Origin: a candidate division WWE3 bacterium
GTDB lineage: Bacteria > Patescibacteriota > 4484-211 > GCA-002791395
Assembly (NCBI GenBank): GCA_013335095.1
Contig: JAAXWF010000001.1
Location: 22,797 to 86,796, forward strand
Length of the DNA: 64,000 nt
Direction of reading: 5' to 3'
Under the pieces are notes generated by a model, which saw nothing but the letters and a program-made list of their open reading frames with translations, was not told the origin of the DNA and ran no database searches. Positions 48,112 through 56,457 of this stretch are shown in pieces (position 1 is the stretch's first letter; every line of letters begins with the position of its first letter). The position numbers and the translations under genes were made by a program.

Positions 48112-48287
48112 AATAAGATCCTTTTCAAATAACGGATGCGCTCTGAACTATGGCATAATCATAATATGCTAATAATAATTATTGTAGTATTAATCATTTT
48201 AGTTCTAGCTGGAGTATTTTTAGCCGGAGCATTATCAGAAAACGCGACAAAATCATCTCCAAATGAAAAAGAAAACAAGACGAACGA

Positions 48288-48896
48288 TCAGCTCACGAGA
48301 TGACTCGTATCATTAATTGTAATTGGTGAGAAAGGTCCATCGATTGTCGTATATTCAAAAATAGTACATGACGCATTATCGGGATCGTACTTAAAACTTT
48401 CTTCCCGAGGTACATGAAGTAGCACCGGCATCAACGCACGAATAACCCCGCCATGAGTAACTATGGCACTATCTTCACCATTTGCATTTGATACAATCTC
48501 TAAAATATTTGTAGTGAGACGATGCTCAAATGCTTGCCATGACTCCCCGCCCGGTGGGACATATTCATAACGCTCGATTATCGACATTGGATCTAATATT
48601 ACTTTAACATTTTCCCAAGGCTGATCGCTAAATACGCCCCAATTCCGTTCCGATAAACTTTGTAATGTAACAACCGAAATGTTCAGATCGCCTGATATTA
48701 ACTGCGCACTTTCCAGTGCCCGTTGTTCCGTCGATGAATATATTTTTGAGAGATGAAACATTCTTAAGCGTCTAGCTGTTTTTTGTATTTGTTGTTGTCC
48801 TTCGGTATTAAGGTGTGTTTGGTCATTAGCCGAATGAAGATGCTTTTGAATATTTTTGTCGGTCTCCCCATGACGGATGAGAATTAAATGCGGCAT
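48288..48896 (-). CDS. Histidine phosphatase family protein
   Basis: RHGET, LSERNWG, THGG. Confidence 0.92.
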   Translation of the reverse strand: MPHLILIRHGETDKNIQKHLHSANDQTHLNTEGQQQIQKTARRLRMFHLSKIYSSTEQRALESAQLISGDLNISVVTLQSLSERNWGVFSDQPWENVKVILDPMSIIERYEYVPPGGESWQAFEHRLTTNILEIVSNANGEDSAIVTHGGVIRALMPVLLHVPREESFKYDPDNASCTIFEYTTIDGPFSPITINDTSHLVS

Positions 48897-48995
48897 CTTA
48901 TAATTATAATAAATTCACCAATCGTGAAAAAGGCCAGTTAATCTATAAACGATGAAAAGACCCCAATACTGCCGTAAGTATATTACAATAAATGC

Positions 48996-50897
48996 ATGCC
49001 CAGGTCTTTAGATCAAAAACTGTCTGCCATTTTACCGTTAATGTTTGGATCCTTGTGTTTGTTTTTTATCACCATATCGTTATATGCACCATTTTTCCAT
49101 AAACGGACACCGATCTCATCCCTAAATACGCAAGACGTATCATATGCTGCGGGTGGTTTAGCTGCAGATATTAATGACGATTACACAGTCGATATATTTG
49201 ATTTGGGTATTTTGTCGGCAAATTATGGAAAAACGATCACCGTTGGTAGCTCTGATATTGAACGCAAAGCAGACATTAATGCAAACGGAACAGTCGATGT
49301 TTTTGATCTAGGAATATTAACTGGTTCGTACGGCCAGCATGTCCAACAGAATCTATCAAATCGAGATCTCTTTCTCAATGAAGTCCAAATTAATGAAATC
49401 AAAAGTAAATTGTCGACAGAGCCGATGAAGACAGCGTATGAGGAATTACTCCAAAGAGCAAATACCGCATTAAGTTCTTCAACCACCTACTCGGTGACCT
49501 TCAATGGCGGTCCACCAGCTGCAGCAGACCCACATATCCTATGGTCAGGCGGAGATTTAAAAAGTGCACGTAGTCTCGAAGACACATTAACAGCCTTAAC
49601 ATTAGTGTATAGACTTACCGGGGATACTAAATATGCCGACAAAGCAGTATCGCTACTCAGAGTTTGGGCCCTCAATGAGGACACCTACATGAAACCAATC
49701 CTAAATAAAGAGCAAGAACAAGGTGGAAATAACTTACTTTTCATGGAGTATGGTGTAGTACCGCCCGTCTATAATGCATCACTGCTAGAGAATTATCCTG
49801 GGTGGCAACCTTACAAACAAGCATTCTACAGTTGGGCGAGATCAATGGCGCAAGTCATGGTTGATGCAAATGTTGGAAATACTGGAGTCGGTATCCGCCG
49901 CCTCATGACCATTGCTGCGGTAGGCGCACTTTTAGATGACAGTACTTTACAAAATTATGCGTATACGCATGTACGAGAGATGCTCGACACAGAGCTTGAT
50001 TCTGATGGAAGTATTAAAAGCGTTAGATCACGCAACCCGCCGCCCGCAACCGATGGTGTAGGTGTTTATTATTCTGCGTTATGGTTGAATGTCGGAATGC
50101 AGCTAGCCGAAATTTCCCGCCACCACGGAGTTGATTTGTATAACTATACGACGCCAAATGGAGCAAATATGAGAAAAGCGCTTACATTCTTGTGGCCATA
50201 TATTAAAAACAGCGGAAGTGGTTGGCCGTACCAACTCGAAGGACAAACACCTCAACAAATAACCGAAATTCCCGATACCGTATCGCCCTATGAAATAGCT
50301 GCAGGATTCTGGAAAGGGAGCTCATGGGAAAGCGGAATTTCATTGCGCCCCCTTTATTTAACGGGAGGTCTTGGACCGGTAACCCTTACGCACAGTAGCG
50401 GAGTATTTATACCGATTGATACAAGACCAACTCCAACCCTTCGTCCGACAACAACACCAATTCCCGTTAGTGGCATATCAATCGTTTCTAAGGCGAGCAA
50501 TAATACCTATACCCTCGTTGGCGGAGGAACACAAATTGGTCAGCAGGTATTTTCGGATCGAATTGTCACATTTGCCAATATTCCGTCCGAATATGTTGGA
50601 CTAACGCTTCTACAAACACCGGTAAATGATCGAACAATATCCAATGAGACGGCGATAACATTACGCGTAGATCATAGCGTTACGGTGTATGTTGCGTTTG
50701 ATTCTCGAGTGACAGGTTCGATTCCTTCCTGGTTAACAAGTAGTAATGGATGGACAAACACCGGGAAGACAATAACAATCGATGAGGAGGGCAAAACGCA
50801 TACGTTATTTAGTAAGACCTTTTCTGCAGGGCAAATCAATTTAGGTGGAGTTGGATTGAGTACTGATTATTTTAACTACTACGTATTAATTAAATAA
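48996..50897 (+). CDS. Dockerin plus alginate-lyase-fold exoprotein with C-terminal beta module
   Basis: ADINDDYTVDIFDL..ADINANGTVDVFDL; YRLTGDTKYADKA; GVDLYNY. Confidence 0.8.
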   Translation: MPRSLDQKLSAILPLMFGSLCLFFITISLYAPFFHKRTPISSLNTQDVSYAAGGLAADINDDYTVDIFDLGILSANYGKTITVGSSDIERKADINANGTVDVFDLGILTGSYGQHVQQNLSNRDLFLNEVQINEIKSKLSTEPMKTAYEELLQRANTALSSSTTYSVTFNGGPPAAADPHILWSGGDLKSARSLEDTLTALTLVYRLTGDTKYADKAVSLLRVWALNEDTYMKPILNKEQEQGGNNLLFMEYGVVPPVYNASLLENYPGWQPYKQAFYSWARSMAQVMVDANVGNTGVGIRRLMTIAAVGALLDDSTLQNYAYTHVREMLDTELDSDGSIKSVRSRNPPPATDGVGVYYSALWLNVGMQLAEISRHHGVDLYNYTTPNGANMRKALTFLWPYIKNSGSGWPYQLEGQTPQQITEIPDTVSPYEIAAGFWKGSSWESGISLRPLYLTGGLGPVTLTHSSGVFIPIDTRPTPTLRPTTTPIPVSGISIVSKASNNTYTLVGGGTQIGQQVFSDRIVTFANIPSEYVGLTLLQTPVNDRTISNETAITLRVDHSVTVYVAFDSRVTGSIPSWLTSSNGWTNTGKTITIDEEGKTHTLFSKTFSAGQINLGGVGLSTDYFNYYVLIK

Positions 50898-50899
50898 AA

Positions 50900-51391
50900 C
50901 TATTTTACCTGAGCAAAAGCGACGCAATAATTATGACCATATTTTTTTGCACATTTAGGGCAATATCCGTAATAAAAATAATATTTAATTGATTTCTGAT
51001 TCCGTTGCAATAAAAATTCGTCCATTTGCGTGATCCATTGAGGAACCATATGGTAGGGTCCATCAAATACTTTACTCACAAACGTACCAGAAAGCATTTG
51101 AATTCGCGCGTTTGGTATTTCTTTCGTAACAGACATGTAGATTTCGGACCGCCACGGAGATGGATCGTATGCCAACATAAGAAAATCACTTGGATCAGGT
51201 GAAGCATCAGCATCGATAATCTGCTGGTACATACGTTTAACAACGGATCCCATATTCATCGGGATATGCATTATTTGAAAAACATCATCGCGCAAAAAGG
51301 GCTTATCGTACCATTCATGGGTCTTTTCGTCCCAACGCGACGTATCAAATACCGGACAACATTGAGTTTCATCGGTCGGGTTTGGCGCCAT
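50900..51391 (-). CDS. Conserved hypothetical protein (GyrI-like fold, Cys-rich ends)
   Basis: CCP.FD..WD, FDGPY, YCPKCAKKYGHNY. Confidence 0.75.
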   Translation of the reverse strand: MAPNPTDETQCCPVFDTSRWDEKTHEWYDKPFLRDDVFQIMHIPMNMGSVVKRMYQQIIDADASPDPSDFLMLAYDPSPWRSEIYMSVTKEIPNARIQMLSGTFVSKVFDGPYHMVPQWITQMDEFLLQRNQKSIKYYFYYGYCPKCAKKYGHNYCVAFAQVK

Positions 51392-51442
51392 ATATATAAG
51401 TATGGGAGTGAAAAAAAGACTTGAATGTGATCAAGATCACAA

Positions 51443-52021
51443 TTATGACATTACCATGACCCCGAAATCTTCAAGCGCATGTGCGAGTCTAGAAAGCGGC
51501 AATCCAATCACCGCATTAAAATCTCCTTCAATATGGTCTATAAGCAGAGCGCCTTTACTTTGAATCCCATATCCTCCAGCTTTATCAAGCGGTTCCATTG
51601 TCTCAACATACCAGATGATTTCACGTTCACTAAGGGATCGAAAATACACTATAGTTTCAACGACATCAGTAAAGATCATATTAGTTTTGGTATCGATAAT
51701 TGAAAATCCGGTGAACACTGAATGCCTGGTGCCATTTAGCGCGTAAAGCATCTTCAATGCATTTTCTTTAGTGCCAGGTTTACCCAAAATCTCACCGTTA
51801 AATGAGATCAGCGTATCAGCTCCTATTATTATCGAATCTGCATGGCGAGATGCAACCTCGGTAGCTTTTCCTAATGCAAGCTGTTTAGCTTGTTCTGTGG
51901 GAGAAAGGTTTAGTGTCACATGATCCTCAAAACTACTCGAATCAATAATAAAAGGAATGCCTAACAATTCCATCAATTCTTTTCTGCGTGGAGATGCAGA
52001 AGCGAGTACAACAGTTTTCAC
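51443..52021 (-). CDS. maf: Maf nucleotide pyrophosphatase
   Basis: LASASPRR, GADT, LGKP, DKAGGYGIQ, VIGLP. Confidence 0.95.
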   Translation of the reverse strand: MKTVVLASASPRRKELMELLGIPFIIDSSSFEDHVTLNLSPTEQAKQLALGKATEVASRHADSIIIGADTLISFNGEILGKPGTKENALKMLYALNGTRHSVFTGFSIIDTKTNMIFTDVVETIVYFRSLSEREIIWYVETMEPLDKAGGYGIQSKGALLIDHIEGDFNAVIGLPLSRLAHALEDFGVMVMS

Positions 52022-52086
52022 CTACCCATTGTACATTTATTGAATGTAAAAGCCAGATTTTTCAATCTGGCTTGGTTAAAATAACG

Positions 52087-52443
52087 TTACGACTTAGCCT
52101 CATCTGAAGCTTCTGTTGATAACTCCGTGAATTCTTCAACGTACGGAGCGAAAACGATACTGGCATGCAACAGCCGCAGTACTCGTATAGCGTCGGCTTC
52201 ATATCCATCAGCAACTCGGAATTCAAAAATCGAATCACGAGTACGATCAACAGCGGGCTTCACCTTCAAGGACAAAAAAGCTTCGCCACGAAGGACCTTA
52301 AATAGCGATGCACCGGAAAATATCGCGATGGCGACTTCGGCCAGGTCGGTATCGGTAATGTACAGACCCTGCTCCTGAAGATACCGGCGCAGACGAGACG
52401 CACCACTTGAAGCAGTCAGAGGACTGCACCATGGCGTAACCAT
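52087..52443 (-). CDS. Orphan, distant paralogue of 14656-15036
   Basis: GGAGG SD; TTGAAT-N17-TATTAT promoter; hairpin at about 52051-52072. Confidence 0.65.
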   Translation of the reverse strand: MVTPWCSPLTASSGASRLRRYLQEQGLYITDTDLAEVAIAIFSGASLFKVLRGEAFLSLKVKPAVDRTRDSIFEFRVADGYEADAIRVLRLLHASIVFAPYVEEFTELSTEASDEAKS

Positions 52444-52561
52444 ACAACCCTCCATAATCATTGGGCTAATAATCTATGACGCTGAAGCGATAATAACAAA
52501 GGCAAATCGCCAATTCAAATGGTATACGGGATCAATATGAGCAGTGTATTATTCCAATAGA

Positions 52562-53131
52562 ATGGCCCTCTTAGTTGTTGATAACGGTACAAGTTACCTA
52601 GGAGCACTGAAAGATATCACGGCTCCCTTTAACCCAATGATAGTATCATGGAATGACCTTAAGCATGTATCAACTAGAGATTATGAGGGGATCATTCTTT
52701 CGGGAGGTCACACATTTGCAATTGCCACTGATCCGAATGAATTTGAACAAGAGATGGAGCTGGTGAAGTCGACACCCATTCCGATTCTCGGTATATGCCT
52801 AGGATATGAACTCATCGGTTACACGTTTGGTGCAAAACTTGAAAAACTCCCTAGAAAAGAACATAAGATTATTTCAATTACCATACTTGAGGATGATCCA
52901 ATATTTAATACCGACACACATATTACTGTGTTTGAAAATCATAGCTGGATGATAAGTGAGCTATCGGAACAGTTAAAACCGTTAGCACGATCTGTACGCG
53001 GATTCGAAATAATTAAACATGTTTCTATGCCAATCTATGGTTTTCAATTTCATCCAGAGATTATTGTAGATCCCCAGGCTTTAACGATCTTTGATAATTG
53101 GCTATCCTTTGTGCATGGTGATTTAAAGTAA
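52562..53131 (+). CDS. Class I glutamine amidotransferase
   Basis: VVDNG, ILSGG, GICLG, QFHPE. Confidence 0.9.
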   Translation: MALLVVDNGTSYLGALKDITAPFNPMIVSWNDLKHVSTRDYEGIILSGGHTFAIATDPNEFEQEMELVKSTPIPILGICLGYELIGYTFGAKLEKLPRKEHKIISITILEDDPIFNTDTHITVFENHSWMISELSEQLKPLARSVRGFEIIKHVSMPIYGFQFHPEIIVDPQALTIFDNWLSFVHGDLK

Positions 53132-53187
53132 AAGAAATGGGTCACCTGCTTTTACACAGGCGACCCACAGTTGTTGGATCCTAAAGA

Positions 53188-53595
53188 CTATTCGAAGTCG
53201 CCGCGAAATCCAGGCGGAGACTTAGTCTGAGCGCGCTCACCACCTTCCGTAGCGAGCCGCATCAGCTCCTCGAGGCGGTCAACGAAATCCTCAGGCACCG
53301 GCCCGGTCTCAAATGGACCGTCCAAATACCCGATGCGGGTACCCGCGTAGATCGCGCCGATCGAGACGCTGCGGGTCTGTGCCCGTGCCCCACCCTGGAT
53401 CGCCAGGGTACCAGTCATCACATCTTCGACGAACTCGACCGGCGGAAGCCAGCCGTGATCGGCAACATAATGGATGATCATGTCGGGCATCGTATAAGAA
53501 TGACCGTTGGTGAATGCCAGAAGAACGTCACCCGACGAAGTCGCCGGGAACCGTGACTCCTTCCTGTGCGGATAAGGACACGTGTGGAATCCCAT
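53188..53595 (-). CDS. GC-rich conserved hypothetical protein (G.H.C...PDMI.HYV..HG..PP motif)
   Basis: AAGGAGG SD; TTGAAT-N17-TATACT promoter; terminator at 53138-53167. Confidence 0.7.
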   Translation of the reverse strand: MGFHTCPYPHRKESRFPATSSGDVLLAFTNGHSYTMPDMIIHYVADHGWLPPVEFVEDVMTGTLAIQGGARAQTRSVSIGAIYAGTRIGYLDGPFETGPVPEDFVDRLEELMRLATEGGERAQTKSPPGFRGDFE

Positions 53596-53715
53596 AGGGG
53601 AACCTCCTTGATAGTCCGCGGATTAAATTAGCTTCGACAGTATATCAAAACGCTCGCCCAAATTCAACTATAGGTCGACCACAACCTTCTGTAAATTGCT
53701 ATACTAAATAGATCA

Positions 53716-54198
53716 ATGAGTCACCAAAGTTATGAAAACCTATTTGCACAATTAACCGATACAATCGATCAATTTGTCGATATCGTAAGAAACAAGCAAC
53801 TCAACCTTATGGCGACGGATGAATGGACCGTCAAAGATATCTTATGCCATATCGTATTTTGGCACGAATCGTATGCCGCAAATTACCACGCGACAGCACA
53901 GCAGGAGCCGCCATGTATCCCTCAGGAACCCGCGTACAAGTTAAATCACCCTGGAGTTTCAAAACTACGAAACGTCTCGATGGAAAAACTCATCCAACGA
54001 CTATACATAGCTAACGATTCTTTATTTACCAGCATTGTTGAAAAAAAAGTACCTCGCATGACATACCATTCCAAGGGACGCACGTATGAGACAGGCGACT
54101 TTTTGAAGATGATTGATGGACATATCAAGACCCACATGACGCAAATACGCCGAGCCAAACATAAAAAGTTGTCCAAGAACGCTAAAAAAAGTTTGTAA
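53716..54198 (+). CDS. DinB-like four-helix protein
   Basis: WTVKDILCHI, H..H. Confidence 0.8.
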   Translation: MSHQSYENLFAQLTDTIDQFVDIVRNKQLNLMATDEWTVKDILCHIVFWHESYAANYHATAQQEPPCIPQEPAYKLNHPGVSKLRNVSMEKLIQRLYIANDSLFTSIVEKKVPRMTYHSKGRTYETGDFLKMIDGHIKTHMTQIRRAKHKKLSKNAKKSL

Positions 54199-54847
54199 TA
54201 ATTACACGTCGAACTGGATAAGACCATAAAAATTGAATGACCGGAATCAGTATACTAACGAGGTTATCGTGAAGGGCAAAATAAAGCTGATAGTCAAATG
54301 ACTTTTTTGAAAAATCAGGAGCATATGAAATCTGTATTTTTGAATTCTTTTTACGCAGAGCATTTAGTATCGTCCCATTAAGAGCGTGATAATAACCGAA
54401 TACAACCCCTGTTGTTGCCGGATTAGGAAAACCACCCGAAACGCGCAAAATAAACGGACTGGCAACCATCGAATTAATCAACTTACTGACTAGAACAAGT
54501 CCTGAACGGATAACTCCAAGCATCTGCGTAAATGAGAGCCGAACATTTTTTTTCCTTTTTTTCTTGGACTTTTTTATAGTTTTTTTGCGAACAGAATCAT
54601 TTTCCCCACTGTTGTTTTTATCTTTCTGAACAAATCCATGAAATACGGTTATTCCGAAAACTTGAACGGTTAATTCTTTAGTCATCACCTCATACTTAAC
54701 TATTAGTGCTCTCCAAATTAGTTCAGCATTAAAATACGCCTTAATATTAGTTCCTTCTTTACGACTATCAACCACGAGCCCAAACGGAGCGACCAGAGTA
54801 AAGACAATGATCCCGATGAAAATGATGAATAGATACAAAAAAAGCAT
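54182..54847 (-). CDS. DUF2953 family protein
   Basis: NPATTG..G, PDF motifs; downstream of a YtfJ-like gene. Confidence 0.75.
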   Translation of the reverse strand: MLFLYLFIIFIGIIVFTLVAPFGLVVDSRKEGTNIKAYFNAELIWRALIVKYEVMTKELTVQVFGITVFHGFVQKDKNNSGENDSVRKKTIKKSKKKRKKNVRLSFTQMLGVIRSGLVLVSKLINSMVASPFILRVSGGFPNPATTGVVFGYYHALNGTILNALRKKNSKIQISYAPDFSKKSFDYQLYFALHDNLVSILIPVIQFLWSYPVRRVIITNFF

Positions 54848-54970
54848 AGATTATAGTTGTTACAAAACAATACGATTAATAATCATTACTAAAGGAGAGT
54901 GCTCTGACAAATAAGATAAGCATCAAAGCACTCTCTTTAGTTACTCGAACCACGATAGATACAGACTAAA

Positions 54971-55366
54971 CTACTTGGCCGGTTTTTCATTTCTTGCCTT
55001 TAGTTCAATGCCCTTCTCCATCAATTCAGGTGCTTTATCGGCAATAGCTTCGATAATCTCGGCCACGCCTTTTGATCCCTTGAGCGGGTATACTTTAACA
55101 CCTTCACGATCGATTACGATCAATGCGACGGGCTCCATGTTCGCACCAGCTCCGGCACCTCCGCCGGAACCAGATCCTCCAGGAGTACCTTTAGGGTCAT
55201 CATTCCCCTCACCGGCGCCGCCTCCGCCGCCATAACCTACGTTCACTTTGATGACCGGGAGTATTGTTCGACCTTCAAAAGTAACCGGATCACCAATAAT
55301 CCGTTTTGTATTAACCATTTTATCGAGTTCACCGATTACTGAATCAAATAGTTTTTGTACATCCAT
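54971..55366 (-). CDS. YtfJ/GerW family protein
   Basis: IGDPV...ILPV.KV.VGYGGGGG...GGGAG..PVA; AGGAGGTG SD. Confidence 0.9.
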   Translation of the reverse strand: MDVQKLFDSVIGELDKMVNTKRIIGDPVTFEGRTILPVIKVNVGYGGGGGAGEGNDDPKGTPGGSGSGGGAGAGANMEPVALIVIDREGVKVYPLKGSKGVAEIIEAIADKAPELMEKGIELKARNEKPAK

Positions 55367-55431
55367 ATATTCTCACCTCCTTACATTTACATCCTAGCAG
55401 AATAAACGGATAAATTATGAAATCTTTCGAT

Positions 55432-56457
55432 TTACTTACAATAATCATTTAAAAAACTCAGTTTGGAGTAATAGGTTTCTTCAATCGAAATACCAGCAGA
55501 GCGAAGTAGGTCTTTAGTAACTGCATAAACTTTTTCTAATTCCTCAGTTACAGTTTGTAGGGGGAGTACGGTACGGCTTTTTAAATATTCGATCTCACAT
55601 TGAGTCAATGTATATGCACGATCATTTAGCAAATAGGAATGGTCAAACATGACGCTGTAAATATTGCCGGTATTGAGCGATTCTAAGTTAACATCATATC
55701 GTCGACGTCGAAATGGCTCCCTTCGACTAAACGAGAGGTTTGGATAGTGCTCATGAAGATAATCCTCCATCGATGTTTTAATCCGTACATTTTTTGTGCG
55801 CTTTTCAATTCGTTCTAATGCATCGTTCTGATAAATCTTTTGTTTAACAACGTATTCATCATTTGGGCAGGTAATAAAAGAAATATATCCCCGTTCAGAC
55901 TGAGGCGCGGTTACTTCATATAAATAGTTATCAAAATCCCATTGATTAAACTGATCATGATGCTGCAGGATAAAATCTGGATAGGTACCCTTATTACCGT
56001 GGATATATATCATTTGGGCTAATTGCCATATTGATTGTTCGGTATGTATATTCAGTTTATATTCGATTTCAGTATCCTGATGATATTTCGTAAAGTAGGC
56101 ATCATGATTACTGAGCGGAATTCGTTTAGATTGTTGAATATCTACGCACTGCTCGAACAATGTCTTGCCGTTATTTACCGCCACAGCACCTCCAGCAATA
56201 TACAAGAGTGATTGGTCATCGGCCAGGACTAAAACATATATAGTACGTCTCGAACCGTTATCTAAAACTAAATATAACGGTCTTTTTGAGGATTTAGTGG
56301 ACAAAAACAGCTCGCCTGGAATCTGATTGGTATGGATGACCGCAGTATTTTCACCCATTAGAATGGAGGAACGATCGATTTTAACGACATCAAAAGTACT
56401 ATTTAAGGCAACATCATCAGAAGCTAATAGTAATTGAACGGTTGATTCAGTATTCAT
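55432..56457 (-). CDS. CYTH (triphosphate tunnel metalloenzyme)-like protein
   Basis: EIEYK...K.K..ERIE..RRR..FD..EIEY..SK; start overlaps the upstream stop. Confidence 0.7.
   Translation of the reverse strand: MNTESTVQLLLASDDVALNSTFDVVKIDRSSILMGENTAVIHTNQIPGELFLSTKSSKRPLYLVLDNGSRRTIYVLVLADDQSLLYIAGGAVAVNNGKTLFEQCVDIQQSKRIPLSNHDAYFTKYHQDTEIEYKLNIHTEQSIWQLAQMIYIHGNKGTYPDFILQHHDQFNQWDFDNYLYEVTAPQSERGYISFITCPNDEYVVKQKIYQNDALERIEKRTKNVRIKTSMEDYLHEHYPNLSFSRREPFRRRRYDVNLESLNTGNIYSVMFDHSYLLNDRAYTLTQCEIEYLKSRTVLPLQTVTEELEKVYAVTKDLLRSAGISIEETYYSKLSFLNDYCK

Noticed and set aside
54182-55366. YtfJ/GerW plus DUF2953 as evidence of sporulation
   Set aside because: This pair is also found in non-sporulating prokaryotes
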